Positions 45,201-58,709 of a DNA stretch of 64,000 bases are shown here, piece by piece (positions within the stretch are counted from its first letter, which is position 1; each line of letters begins with the position of its first letter). A program made the position numbers and the translations under genes. Below the pieces are notes generated by a model, which did no database searches, had not been told where the DNA came from, and saw only the letters and a list, made by a program, of their open reading frames with translations. The DNA lies in assembly GCA_040954595.2 (NCBI GenBank), contig CM082577.2, forward strand, positions 14,267,903 through 14,331,902, written 5' to 3'. This DNA is from Balanoglossus misakiensis. Taxonomy: Eukaryota; Animalia; Hemichordata.

Positions 45201-47308
45201 GAAAAATTATCTTCTAAAATCTACCTGTATATATACTGCCATTGTTCAGACTTCGCCGGCGCTTTAAACAAACAGACTTCCCAGATGACCGACTGCATTG
45301 CGATGACAATTTAATACATTGCAAAATCATCAGATTGGAAGACTGTGGATAAAGGTATTTTTCACCTTGGGGGGGGGATGACAGTGTTTGATTGGTTCAA
45401 TGGAAACGTAATTCTGGTCATCATGCAAAGTGGCAGGTGCCAGATACAGATTTCTGACTGAGTCTGCAAGCCTTGTCGCTCTCTGCCTAATAGTCGATTT
45501 TATATGTTTTTATTTTTAAATTAAACAGCCAAAAAGACCCTTCAATTACTGAAGGAAGTGGCACACGTCGCTGTTAAGACAACTGTTCCTGACATGAGCA
45601 GTGTGAGTACATGTCTCTGGGTCAAAGCTGATTCCGCAGAGGGCAAGCCAACGTTGGTGGCCTATTGTGTCTATACCAGTAACTGTAATGACTTTCTCTT
45701 GCATAATGCCAATGCTCTAGATATTTTAGTAAGAGATGAAGTACGGAAAACCACATTGTCGCTTTCTGATGGGGCGTGGCATCAGGTGTGTGCAACATGG
45801 TCTTCTGAAGTTGGAGACTGGGCAATTTATCACAACGGCCAGAAATATCTCGGGGGGAGTGGTTTAGCAACTCGTAATCACATAAGGGGTGGCGGGACAT
45901 TAGTGTTGGGTCAAGACAAGCTAAGAGGTGGTTATAACAAGGATCGGGCATTCGTGGGAAGCATCACCGAATTCAACATGTGGTCCAAAGTTCTGACTGC
46001 AGAAGAGGTAGAGGCTGTGGCAAAAGACTGCTCATCAATTGGAGGAAATGTGTTCACATGGAACACGGACAATCTTGACGTGTCAGCAGAAATAACAACC
46101 ACTGAAAAGAATGCCATCTGCCGTGAGTATCAGTAATTTTGAGCGAAATATTTTGCAAATTTCAAATAAAAATATAAGCCTGTGACATTTCCATTTGGCA
46201 GCCTAGGTTTATGTTTTGTTTTCATAAATAAGTGTAACAGGGTAGTAATTTATATTTCGAAGTATCCCGCTCAAGAAATATCTAAAAATTACCAGAGGTG
46301 GTTGACTTCTAGTGCATGGATATGAAAACGATATAGACGATGTAGACTCTGCCTAATAGTCTATTTTATATTCTTTTATATGCAACAGCCAAAAAGACCC
46401 TTCGATTACTGAAGGACGTATCAGATGTCACTGTTAAGACAACTGTCCCTGAAATGACCGCTGTGAGTGCATGTCTCTGGTTCAATCTTGATCTATCAAT
46501 GGGCATCTCAGCTTTATTTACCTACTGTGTCGATGAAAAACATTGCAACGAGTATAGTTTGTATGAAGTTGCAGGGAGTAAATATATACCATACCTTGAT
46601 ATGACAATGATAAATATTCCCGGGAAATGGCAACATGTGTGTTCCACATGGTCTTCAAGTAGTGGAAAGTGGAGATATTATCACAACGGCCGATTGCTTT
46701 TCATACCAGATAATTTTGCAACTGGCAAAACCATAAGGGGTGGCGGCAAATTAGTGTTGGGTCAAAACCAAGACAAGTCAAGTGTTGGTTATGAAATGGA
46801 AAAGGCATTCGTGGGAAGCATCACCGAATTCAACATGTGGTCCAAAGTTCTGACTGTAGAAGATGTAAAGGCTGTGGCAAAAGACTGCTCATCAATTGGA
46901 GGAAATGTGTTCACATGGAACACGGACGATCTTGACGTGTCAGTAGAAATAAAACTCAACGAAAATAATGTTATCTGCCGTGAGTAAAAGTAACTTTAAA
47001 TTAAATATAAATATATATATTTTCATTTCACAGCCTAGGTTTATGTTTTGTTTACATAAATAACGTGTGTCTGGGTTGTATTTAGAATGTTGTATAACCC
47101 CACACAAGAAATATGTAATGACCAGAAGTGGTTGACTTCAAGCGTGCATGGATATAACAACGATTATAGACATATAATAGGATTTGTATACATGTAATTT
47201 CATTCATTTTATGTGTTCAGAATTATATTCGTGCAATTGTGATTTATTGTACTTTGTGTTGCAGGACACCGTCGACGGGATATGGAATTACAATCAATTA
47301 TGTCTTAG
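39256..47308 (+). CDS. Multi-pentraxin-domain gene, 3' part (four tandem pentraxin exons plus a short terminal exon); 5' exon not located
   Basis: Phase 1-1 exons 39256-39855, 44282-44881, 45529-46122, 46389-46979 (all aacag/gtgagt, open), then 47265-47308 ending in TAG. Confidence 0.85.
40201..43661 (+). mobile_element. HINE family A copy 2 (intronic), interrupted by a family B HINE
   Basis: Same 5' palindrome and 3' end as 29413-31461; the sequence resumes at 41640 after the insert. Confidence 0.75.
40257..41640 (+). mobile_element. HINE family B nested in family A, with ~220-240-bp internal tandem repeats
   Basis: 5' AGGGCACAAGCCAAGCAGGCTTGTGTCCT hairpin; 3' GCTTGTGCCC plus GCTGC-TT-GCAGC; repeat units starting near 40790, 41028, 41244 and 41465. 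Confidence 0.75.
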
Positions 47309-47994
47309 ATGGGGATCGCAACATTCATCTGCGTCTGCTGAATTTCTCCGCCAACTCGGCAGACCGTCAGCATGCATGCAGTTTGATTTCACCCTCCTGT
47401 ACTTCATCAACCTCCATTGATTGGCTCAGGTTGGCGTTTTTGAGTTCCACACCTTTGTGATAGATTAATATGTGCTTATTTTCAGTGGTGTACTGTTTTG
47501 TATGATTTTCCTCGCCAGTTGCCATTTGACATGTGACCTTCTTTGTTTGAGATTTTGCTGTTGGTTTCTGTCATGTTTAGGAAATTGGCGAGGATTTTTG
47601 CAATGTTTACACACTTTTACATTCTATTAAAATGACAAGTTTACTTGGCCTTTCGCTTCATCTCATAAGTGTTTTAGTGTTTATTAATCTCCAACAAACA
47701 GAGCAAAATAAAATGAGAAATACGAACATTACTTTGTATACATCATTTCATTTACAAAAAAAACATGTATTATAATGAACATTATTACAGTCTGCATAAT
47801 CTGAAAACATTTTCAAATTTATAAATTCGTGACAAACAAAAGCAAAAAAGCTATATATAAGCATTGGAAGCAGACGTAGCAAGTAGTAACTTGTAGTAGA
47901 CAAATTACTGATAATTTGATCTGTAGTTTGGTTTCAAAAAGTGTCACGAATCTAATGGATATATTTGTTCTTATTGTATATCAATTGTGAATGC

Positions 47995-48740
47995 GATTAT
48001 TAGGCCTTTTGATCATTACGGCTGCTACGGGATTTCTTGCGTGCCGGGGTTGTACGGGGGTAAGTCGGCCGGGCGCCAAAGCCGTACGACCGAGGCCCCA
48101 AATCTTGTATCAGGGCCGTAAAGGTTTTATCATATACATTATGATCGCCATAATTTCAAAAATGTCAGTGAAATGACGAGTTTTGACGTTTACAACGGAA
48201 ATAAAGCATAACATCATGAATCCATTGCCATATCTGCTGCGTCAACAGCAAAACGCCAAAGCCAGATCACTGGGCGGCTTGATATCACTATGACGTCATT
48301 TGTTTACATCCATTCACAAACTTCGACCATTCACAGGCCTGGACCATTCACAGACTTCAAAACTCACGAACAACAACGGTTGGAAATATTATTTTCGGTA
48401 TTTCACAGCATTTTATGCAAATGAGAAAAAAACGGGACTATGTTCTGTTTGTAAACATCGAATGCCAAGAAAGATAGAGCTAAGTTATGATCGCCGCCGG
48501 AATTCGGAAACGTGGTGAATTTTTAACATTCTGGCACGTTATTGTATTATCCTATTGTCAGAATAACAAAACATTTAGTTGTCTGTATATTTGTAAACCT
48601 CAAAAATTACGAAAATCTCTCGATATCACTAGTTCTCAAATATTACCGATGTGATCTCGCGACCTCAGCTAAACCCCTAATGAACTGACCTGACATGACC
48701 CTACTTTGCATAAAAGAGGTTGCGTTGAATGATAATCACA
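47995..48740. mobile_element. Degenerate hairpin-ended repeat (possibly Crypton-like)
   Basis: GC-rich imperfect stem-loop at about 48010-48125 and a TTATCAT/ATGATAA inverted pair; architecture like 28870-29183. Boundaries uncertain. Confidence 0.3.
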
Positions 48741-48805
48741 TGCGCATCATGGATGAGTGTTCATATAGGCCTAGGACATGTACTACAATACACGATCTCT
48801 CTTAA

Positions 48806-49534
48806 GGTGGCATTGCATGAAACCGTCGAGACTTTTTCAGAGGCCTATTTCTCACCAAAGACAACGTTAAAACCCCTATAAACCATATATATTCTGGAAG
48901 CTGAATTTTTGAACTTTTGTTTGAGTTCCATATATTATTGATCCCAGGAATGGTGGCGTTTTTGGGTTAAAAAAACAAAATTTTTTATATTATGTCATAA
49001 AATGTAAATTAGGTAAAAAAGTTGACCATGCATCATGCATCTTAATATGTCATTCGAAACTAGAGTACACGTGCAAAAAACGGTAATATTGTTTTGCGTT
49101 ACCTGCTTCCAATGAGGAGTAACAGCGTTTGAAAGTTAGATTTTTAGAAAATTTGATCAAATTCACGGTGAGTTGTATTTAATCAGAGTTCATTCCCGCC
49201 AGGGACACTTTATCGAATTAAAAATCCGTTTTGTTGGATGGGTCATACACAATCCCCTGTTAAAATTTGAGCAAATTCGGCCAATGCAGAGCGAAGCTAA
49301 ATTCTTCTGAAGTTGTTAAGAGCAGCGAAAATGCAAACTGAGAAAAACGACCACTTGCATTGTTGACACCTATTTGTTAAGCTGTGAACACATTCAGAAA
49401 AGTGCTATTTTGGGGTGATTATGCACCATTTCCGCCAAGGCGTATTAGTCAGGATGTGGATCAGTATTAGGCCTACCGATTTATGTAAAAAAGTAAAATT
49501 TGGCAAAAATCACAACTTTTCATGCAATGCCACC
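48806..49534. mobile_element. Non-autonomous DNA transposon (Kolobok-like), copy 2
   Basis: Same TIRs as 13035-13666, TTAA TSD (48802-05, 49535-38); about 100 bp longer internally. Confidence 0.85.
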
Positions 49535-51378
49535 TTAATTTCAAGTTGTATTGAGCAAATAATAAAAATAATTTTGATTTTCGAGGAGCGCGCTACCCGC
49601 GTCATTCTTTCAAAAGATTCTATTTATAAAGCATACCAGTAGCCTATAAAGGGCGTGGTCCATTTTTATGTGTTTGTGTTGCAAAGAGAGAGTTTATATT
49701 AACGGGGGATATTCCATTCTGAGCAAGGGGTGTTTCACGACATTGACCAATACGCAAAACTGTCGGCTTTGCTATCTGTACCCATTAATAGTGTTTTTTT
49801 TAATAATATATAACAGCGTCATGCCGTTTCCTGGTGCACTCACAAATAATAATTTTAACATCCCCAACCAAACATGATTTCCGCAGCTATCAACCAGTTA
49901 GTGTAATTTTAAAGCAGCCCCTCGCTAACACCTTTTGGTACACGATTTGTGATACGTCGCCCTTTTCCGCGATAGGTTACGTGCAGATTCTGTGATCCAA
50001 TCAAATCACTCGAAATCCAGTCAGCTCTCTCGTGTGATATCCGTCAATCTTTCGACAGAATTTTCGCGATTGTTTCTGCCCGTCAAAATTGCTGTGGAAG
50101 GGAGTTACATACAGTGGCGTGAGTAAACGAGATGCGTGCCTTTGTACATAGTCTACTAGAAGTTATTTCACTTATATTATATTGTAATGATTTTATATGA
50201 GACAGGCCGAGGTTACACAATGCAACAGTTCACATCGAAGAGAAAGCAGGACTATGTCATTGAGCATTAGCCTGAGACAGGCGAGGGACGAGTTAGAAAC
50301 ACCTTGCCCGGGTTTACCAGGTCAACGGCCCCAGAACCCTCAGAATAACCCAGCCCTGTTCCCTGACATCACGCGGTTCATTGACACCTATTTAGTCTGC
50401 TCTCCAATTCAATCATTTTTCATCATTTCACGGGACTATGGACAGTGTTCGGTGGAATCTATAGTAGAATTTCACAATCAGATGCGATCGTTGCTGATAA
50501 TCATCGAAAATTGCAGCTGGTGTAATGCGCACACATTCAACCAGCATAGCAATGTATGAGACTAGCCTAAATGCAACAGATGATACCAATGTAATACGAC
50601 TGAGTTCTATATTGCTGTTTTGACAAAAGCCGACCTCAATCCAACAGTGTATTTTATTCTACATGTACACTCTTTGTCCATCGACGGGTAGTTGAATGTT
50701 TCGTTGTGCCCTGCTTGAGTTTAGTGAACAGAAGCGTCATATATAGGTCATCCTTTATGTTAGCATTTCTTTAACAAATACAAGGGCCTTGATAACCAGA
50801 AGAGGGAGCCCCTGTCGTTACTCAGATATTTACTGGTCTGTGGCATTATAGCCCCCCCCCCTCCCCCGCAAACACACATCTGAGTCTTGATGCACAGAAA
50901 AAATGCACGATTCGCCTATATTGACTGTGCCGGACGCCAAATTTCCATTACACCCATTCTCTAAGTACCGGCGCGAAACCATTAAAAATCGACGTTGCAT
51001 TTTTCGATCAAAACTAATCACTACGTCCAAAGTCTGGACACCAAACGCAATTACATCCACACCAATACAGCGAACCATAATTTTCAGGAACGTTTTCATC
51101 TCTCCTCAACCCCAGACTACACCTGCGACTTAATCAAAATGCCGGGAAAGTTGGCTGCTATGTGGTTAGTGTTTCGTGGATGTCGATGTATCCGAAGCAC
51201 AAAACGGAACACGGCAAAGAGGTGTCGACGAGTCATCAAGTAAGTTGAGAAAAGAGTAAGTTTGTGTGGTAAACAATCGTTTTTAGGCATTCTGAAGATG
51301 TATTTCCCATTTTGATTGGGACATTGGCTCGATCTTTATAAAAGCCTATCACGATCCGAATCTTTTATGGGGTCACAC

Positions 51379-52847
51379 TAGTCCTGTTTCAAAATGACCT
51401 ACATTACACGTCCTATGCACATGTATTACATGTTCTGATTGGTTTATCCGCTTCTCTAAGGTCCACTTGTGGCACGCTGATTGGAGGGACCTTGTAGGTT
51501 AGGTCTTATTACTATGTATTATTCATTAGACCTTGTAGGTTAGGTCTTATTACTATGCATTATTCACTTTACAGCTCCCTGATTGGTTAATGGTCCTCCA
51601 GTGTTCACTGCCTCATTATGCAGGACCTTGTAGGTTAGGTCTTATTAATATGTATTTATTCACCATACAGCTCCCTGATTGGTTAACGTGTCAGTCTGGT
51701 CCCCGGCCCCAGTGTTCACTGCCTCATTGTGAAATGTCCCATGTGCTTCCTGGCTAGCGTTGTGGTAACACATTATTCGGGATGTCCGCGTTCATTGATT
51801 TTCTGAGAAATAGCCTGACTGATACTATCTCCAACATAAACCTCACCCTGGAAAGATTAAATGACTTTTTAGGTGGACTTTGAAAATCTGATTAACTCAT
51901 CTAAGCATTTTAGCTATCAGTTGTATATTTTTTAATCACCCTCCTACTTCTCATCATCAATTTTATTATTGTTATTACTATTTTAAAGTAAATTTGTTTT
52001 GACGAAGATGTTATGATAAGGAGCACGTTGTCCGTTTATACATTCGTATATTGTTTTCATAAAAATGGAACTATGGCGGTGCAGCTTCGTGAAAGAAGTA
52101 CAATAAAAGAAATCATACCTGTAAAGCAACTAATGAGGTATCCCAAAGAAATGCAATGCTATTCTAAACATTTCTATTGTAAGATATTTTTGGTTTGCTC
52201 GAATGAATAGCACACACTTCGTATTCATCCAGGTGTTACACGAAGGGGTGCGCTGAAAGGCATTACGTAACAAAACACTAGCCCATTTCAACAAACCGCC
52301 ACTGGAAATAAAAAAAAAAAATTCTCCTGGCAATTTTTATTTTGAGTATCTAGTTCACAGTATCACATAAAAGGCCATGAATATTGAAGGAAAAGGTGAA
52401 ATCCAATCATTATATGAGTGCCTTTCTTTATACACTGGGATCGAGCTTCGACAACGCGCAGGCAGCATGCCAGACAGAATAGGACAACTGTATTCAGAAA
52501 GTACAAAAGACTTTGCATAACGAGGCAGTGAAAACTGGAGACCTACACATTAACCAATCAGGGAGCTGAAAATTGAATAAATACATATTAATAAGACCTA
52601 ACCTACAAGGTCCTGCATAATGAGGCAGTGAACACTGGAGGACCATTAACCAATCAGGGAGCTGTAAAGTGAATAATACATAGTAATAAGACCTAACCTA
52701 CAAGGTCTAATGAATAATACATAATAATAAGACCTAACACATAAGGTCCCTCCAATCAGCGTGGCGCAAGTGGACCTAACATTACCAGATGGACCAATCA
52801 CAGATGTCGGTACATATGTCATGGACCTGACTTATGAAACAGGACTA
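51379..52847. mobile_element. Academ-like non-autonomous element, copy 1, with inverted subterminal minisatellites
   Basis: TIR TAGTCCTGTTTCA...TGAAACAGGACTA; ~100-bp units GACCTTGTAGGTTAGGTCTTATTA... in opposite orientation at each end. No TSD seen. Confidence 0.75.
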
Positions 52848-52849
52848 CT

Positions 52850-53080
52850 GGGACCATGAAGACGTTTCTGGACCGTCTCAGATCAAATACTGGCGTAAAT
52901 TATTGTGTGTGAACTGTTTAAGTAGTCCTGAAACGTCTCAGATTTGAGACGGCTTTGCCAGCCAGACCTGAGCCGGTGTAAGGATTAACACCTCTCCGCA
53001 ACCCATTGTCTATGGGGCCGAGCCTCAGCACCTATAACTTTGTGTGTATGGACACAGCACGACTCAAAGGATTAATGCTC
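52850..53080 (+). repeat. Dispersed repeat family; other copies at about 57750-57955 (inverted) and 9975-10065 (inverted)
   Basis: Shared core TCAGAT.AAATACTGGCGTAAAT...GTCCTGAAACGTCT.AGATTT; the 57.8-kb copy also shares CCAGACCTGAGCCGGTGTAAGGATTAACACCTCTCCGCA. Confidence 0.75.
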
Positions 53081-53978
53081 TGTGGTTACCATAGGCAAAT
53101 AGTGTCTCAAGTGTTACCTGGTATCTGTCATTTTATGATGTAGGGCACAGTCCCTCCACTGACATGTGTATGACCTTTTCTCTAACGTATGGCTATTGTC
53201 ATCCCTGTAAAGGTCACCGGCAGCTACAGGATATATCTAGGCTACTTCTGTTTTTTTTTTTTACATTTCTTGACATTTACAGCCAAAAATTGGAAATTGG
53301 CACAATTTTCCTCATTTCAAGCACTTATAATTATCAATAACGCGTGGTTGAATATCTTTCAGAAAACTGTGAACTGACCCTCGATGAAAGGCCTGACGAC
53401 TCGTTTTGGAGAAGAGAAGTTGGCGATCAACAATTTGGGAACCAGTCTGAGAGCACAGTCAACCGACAACCAAATCTGAAATAGACACACGCGTCAGGTT
53501 TTTACGGCGTGGTAGAAGTCGAATATGTTAAAGTGTATTTTGGAAGCCAAAATAATTCAAGCATCCGAGCCTTAATCATAAAATTATTTAGTATCAATCA
53601 CGTGATCTAGCCATGTGACCCACGGCGTTGTCATTTTCAGATGACGGGCAAGCAATATTTCGGCATCCAGTAAAAGTTTTGTTCTGAGTATGTTTTTACT
53701 TTAGAACCGCCAAACACGTAACATGTATCAGGTATGGTGCCTTATCAGTGCCATGGAGTTTCGTCTGCAGAGTATTTGCCTGGACCATGTTGTTGAATTT
53801 GCCCGTCATCTGGAAATTTGAATGCAAACGTAACTGGCGCCTGAGCGCGTCTGACGTCATTTGACATCGAAGAATACATTCACTCCATATACATTCAATT
53901 TACACCTATGTCGACTTACTAGCATCAGTTTCTTGTGGGACTCATATTCGCAGACACAGAAGATTCGACCATCTAAAT

Positions 53979-54245
53979 TTAAAGGCAATAGATCGTCTCA
54001 CGCGCATTTCGCGTAACTTCCCAGCAAATTGTCCGTTCGATGCATAAGTATAAGTAGATTCTGGTTTTGTCCCTCCTTTTCACCTAAGCTAGTGTCTTTT
54101 CCCGATCTCCGACACAGATTATGGTCGCCGCCATCTTCTCTGTTGTTAGGACGGAGCACTGCCTTATGGGATTAACTGTTCACTAAACGTCTGTAACCAG
54201 CGGCTACAGCTGGAACATGCGTGTGAGACGAGCTAGGCGCCTTAA
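53979..54245. mobile_element. TTAA-flanked MITE (Kolobok-like)
   Basis: TTAAAGGCAATAGATCGTCTCACGCGCAT ... ATGCGTGTGAGACGAGCTAGGCGCCTTAA imperfect TIRs. Confidence 0.55.
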
Positions 54246-55020
54246 AGTACTTTTACTGTTGCAAACATTATGAAACTTTTTTCAAAACTCATATTTTTAG
54301 CAGATGAACCTATCGACAAATACCCGAGGAGCTGTGCTTTTTGAAAAAAATATCGCCAAGGTTTGTACACGCTCTGGTTTCGCCAGACGCAAAGTCGAAC
54401 AAAACATCATGTCACGAGCGCCTCTTAATTAACCCATTAAGAACATGTTTGCAATTTTTTCGTTCAAGTATAGAATTTGTTCTAATTTCGTGACCTGGTA
54501 AGAACACGCGCCTCCTTTGTTGACACGACGGTTGAAGCATTCACCGATGGCGCACGATTGTAACTTTACGAGAGACACGTATGATGTTTGCAGGACAGTA
54601 TCTCTGAGCAATATCATGAGAAGTCGGTGAATAGACAAAGTGGGTCTTGCGCCAAGTTGTTTATCTCTCTCTCTCACTCTCTCTCTCTCTTCTTTTCAAG
54701 TAAAACCGTTTGTTGAGTGAAAGTTTGCTTGTATTTCTTGGCGAACACATCAGAGTATTAGCAGAAGGACTTAGAGCGATCCAGGTACTTACCCTTGTGT
54801 TACCGAAAAACAAAATAGCCAGTCAACTTGTATGCAACTGTTTAAAAGATTAAGAGACTATTCTGCTATCATTAGGTATTGTACAGCTTCAAAATAAAAA
54901 CTCATATTTTAGATTAAACACTTACCAATGTTCCTCGTTGTTTTCATAGGATGGAAAGAATGTTGCAAGCGAAATTGCTAGGGGTTTTAGTCTCTTACAT
55001 TCGCAGTTTCAAATAATGTC

Positions 55021-55207
55021 TTAAGGCACATGAGCTGCAACTTTTTGGGATTATTATCTTATTTTTTTCAAACTAAACTATACCTTTAGCCCATAATGAT
55101 TTATGCATCAGATGTTCATGTATACTCATCAGCTTATTTAGATGAACCAATGTTGGAAAATAAAACAATGAAAATAATAAAAAAAGTAGCAGCTCTAGAG
55201 GCTTTAA
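55021..55207. mobile_element. TTAA-flanked MITE (Kolobok-like)
   Basis: TTAAGGCACATGAGCTGCAACTTTTT ... AAAAAGTAGCAGCTCTAGAGGCTTTAA. Confidence 0.5.
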
Positions 55208-56575
55208 AGGTTATTCATACAATAATTCAAGCATTTTTTTTCTTTGAATAATTAATGGTTTTGTAACTTCAATGCGATCGATTGAAAATCTACCTCTTAA
55301 CATCCATACTTTGGATATGCCTTATTCCATAATTCGGATGAGGGCCACCGGGCAAGTCGAATGCGCTTACATGTAGACTGGAATTATGTATGGATGTCGC
55401 TGAGAATCATACTTTGAAATCAAAACACTAATTTTATCGCAGAGAAGCAGTACGGACTGAATTGATGTGAATTCGTGGTAAACGTGAAGAGCATTTTGTA
55501 AGCAGAAACTGAAATTAATTTTGGTATGCGTGGATTTAATTCGTCAAGCTTGCTATTTGTATCGTTCGGTCTTCTCATGTTTGTGCATTTTGGCCGAAGG
55601 CGGCGATGTGTAGCGAATTCCGTCGACGTAATGCTGGTGGACACATGCTTAAATTTCCTGCCAGTGTGCAACAGATCCGTCAGAACATTGGTCTACTGTG
55701 AATTTTTGGCCGGAGGTCACGGGAGCCCCGAAGATGCAAGAAAACCGGAGACTTCAATGCATTTCAGAGTGCCTGAGTTATGTTTGTCAGATAATTGGTC
55801 TACTGCACAGGGGGACGGAAGAAAACCAAGCCGGGCAGACATTGAAATGCCCTGAAGTGACGTGCTTCAAATCTCTCAGGAAATTGCTTTACTGTACTAT
55901 AGTCACTTCTCGTCACTGGCGCCACGTGTCGCCTTGTATTTTCATGTGACAATACGAGTTTTTTAAAAGACGACACCCCCTGTATATTAATCCTCAAATG
56001 TACTTATACTATATACATATTTATTTTCAAGGGACACGAAAAGTGAATTAAAAGACATGACTTTAGTTTTACCACACAAATTTCAATCGGAACACTTAAC
56101 ATTATGTATATCCAAGAACGATATAATGAGAGTTCGGATGAAAGTAAATATACCGTCGACTTTTCGTGAAATTCTAAGGACATGCACGGTATGTCTTCCC
56201 ATCAGTCGCGTTGTATTGTTTCTCCGGGGTGCACAGCAACACAACATTTGTACTTTTCAGTTCGGAATATCAGCATATTTAAATTAAGGAATTTCTAATC
56301 CAAATTTATAATAATAATATTGACCGAAATGAGTATATTTGCCAGTAGTTTTTGGATTTTCTACAAAATATTAGTGAATAAAACCATAAGATTACTAGCA
56401 GATCATTAGTGATTATTACGATATAAGATTTCATTCTTTCATTTCGAAAGTCAGATTCTCATACCATTCATGAGGTTTGGTGGTCACCTTGGGGTTTTGA
56501 TCTTCGGTTTGGGTAGCGATGGTGCGCACGTACAGCTGAGGGTCCTCCTCCGTCCGACGAGCTTCTTCGGTACCG

Positions 56576-57635
56576 TCAAAACAGATTGGTTGCCGTGGAA
56601 GGGGAACTCAGTTGCATCGACGCCGTGCTTCGGCCTTCTCTGGCGGTAGATCTGTTATCGCCGTCGACCGTGCCGCATCTCCCTCTCCAGGACCAACAGC
56701 CCAGGATCTCGGAAAACACCCGGCGGAAGTTGCTGCCGAAGATGGCGTAAATCAGCGGGTTGACCCAGCTGTTGGACATGGCCAGGGGCTCGGTGAGCGG
56801 ACGGAGGAACCGGAACAGCGCGGTGCAGCTCGACACGTTCCTCTTGAGGATTCGCGCTACACGGTAGGGGAACCAGCTGATGGCGACTATCACCACCACT
56901 GCCACTAGCATCTTGACCGCCCGCCGTTTTCGTCGTCGGGAGTTGTCGTTCGGTGTGTTCCCGAAGTACAGCGCGGCAATCATCTTGCCGTAGAGACAAA
57001 ATATCACCAGTAAGGGGAGACAGTACAGCAAGGCGAAGTCGGCAATGGTTAGCATTCCGATGTCAAAGTCTGACTTGACGTACCCACAGCTGCGGTAAGT
57101 CAGATTTTGTCCGTCGACTTCGATCATCCTCAAGGTGATGCAGCCGATCATGATGCAGTTGCTTGAGTAAATAAAGGATGCGGTCCACGTCAGCAAGATC
57201 ATCAACCAAGCCTGGGTGGTGGTAATTCGCCTCTTCGTGGGCGTGATGATTGCGCGGTAGCGATCGATGGCGAAGCAGAGAAGCGAGAAAATCGTCGAAT
57301 TCAGACCACAATATCGTCATGACGGAGTCGCACAAGAACTCCGTGACGAGGCCGTCGTACCTGAACACATTCGCCAGTTTGATTGGCAAGAAAATGACAC
57401 CAACAAACAGGTCTGCAACTGAGAGAGAGGCGATGAGAAGATTCGTCGTTTATTTTTAGAGCTTCTGAAAGCGGAAAACGGCGACGATGACCAAAAAATT
57501 TCCACCAACGATTAAGATGATGTTACCAAAGTTTACCCCAGCCAGAATCCAGTTGGCGACATTTGTATTTGAGGTAACCATTTTGTCACCAGCGCCTTCG
57601 TCGGTGTCGTTCATCGTTTGTCTTTCCAGAGACAT
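56576..57635 (-). pseudogene. Class A (rhodopsin-like) GPCR pseudogene, single coding exon, peptide-receptor-like
   Basis: GN (TM1), SLSVADL (TM2), C...AIDRYRAI (TM3), YCLPL..I..LY (TM5), AISWFPY (TM6), NSWVNPLIY (TM7). Two in-frame TAA codons (57456-58, 57450-52) and a frameshift near 57305. Confidence 0.9.
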
Positions 57636-57963
57636 AGTGAGCAGTTTCCTGCACAGTGAAATAATTTTACATTCTGTTAATTTTTTGTGTGGTGCTATAA
57701 GGAAACGATGCTCATGTATTAAGAATGTACAGGATAAATGCCTTGTGTCCACCATATGTCCACACACACAAAGTTCATGTGTAGGCGCCGAGGCTCGGCC
57801 CCATAAAGACAATGTGTGCGGAGAGGTGTTAATCCTTACACCGGCTCAGGTCTGGTCAGAAAATCCGTCTGAAATCTGAGACGTTTCAGGACCACTTAAA
57901 CCGTTCAAACATAATCATTTACGCCAGTATTTTATCTGATACGCTTCAGAACCGTCTTAATGG

Positions 57964-58028
57964 TGTGTGTGTGTGTGTGCGTGTGTGTGCGTGTGTGTGC
58001 GTGTGTGTGTGCGTGTGTGTGTGTGTGT
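57964..58028. repeat. (GT)n/(GTGC) microsatellite
   Basis: Direct reading. Confidence 0.95.
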
Positions 58029-58562
58029 CCCCCATATTAAACACAATAAAGGCATGCTCATTCTCCTGTGTGAGATAAAAGAAATATTTGTAAAAGCACT
58101 TGCAAGCAAGCTGCGTATCTAGACACAAACATCCCCTACCGACATATTTATTGAAATATCCAACCTGTACAGTTCTGTTCTGTCGCCTACGTCTATTTAT
58201 AAACTGCGCATAAAAGAAAAACAAATTATTTTCAAACGTTAACACGCGCTTTTAATAATAATATTCTGAAGCGACAGCACAATAATCATGATAATGTTGG
58301 CTGCGCGTGTTTGTCGTTGGCGCGTAACACGCCTATGAGGCCCCAGAATAAACAGCGTCATATAGTTCCGTTAGCATCACGTCGCATTTGGTAGTTTCTG
58401 CGGTTCAATGTGCCAACACGAGACTATCACGCTTGATGAAATGGTTTGCTCACCATTTGTTTGGCATTTGTACTAAATGGGTTATGTTTAAATTGGTGTT
58501 GTACAACTGTGCCACCCGAGACCGAATGGACATATTGTGCCTCGGGCCTGTAAACTTACACG

Positions 58563-58709
58563 TAGTCTGGTCCCCTGCAGTCATCTTGTGGTCTTTGTCT
58601 CATTATATGCTGCACAAAAATATATGCAAGATGGCAGCCTTTATATTACCTGCCCTTTTCTGTTAGCGTGGCGCAGCCAGCAGTGGAAATGGGGCAAGGG
58701 ACCAGACTA
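58563..58709. mobile_element. MITE with TAG...CTA termini (Academ-like)
   Basis: TAGTCTGGTCCC...GGGACCAGACTA; flanks ACG/ATG fit a 3-bp TSD with one C>T change. Confidence 0.6.

Noticed and set aside
55400-55990. Tc1/mariner-like end (TACAGGGGGTGTC, minus strand) with nearby short ORFs
   Set aside because: No matching second TIR or transposase motif was found.
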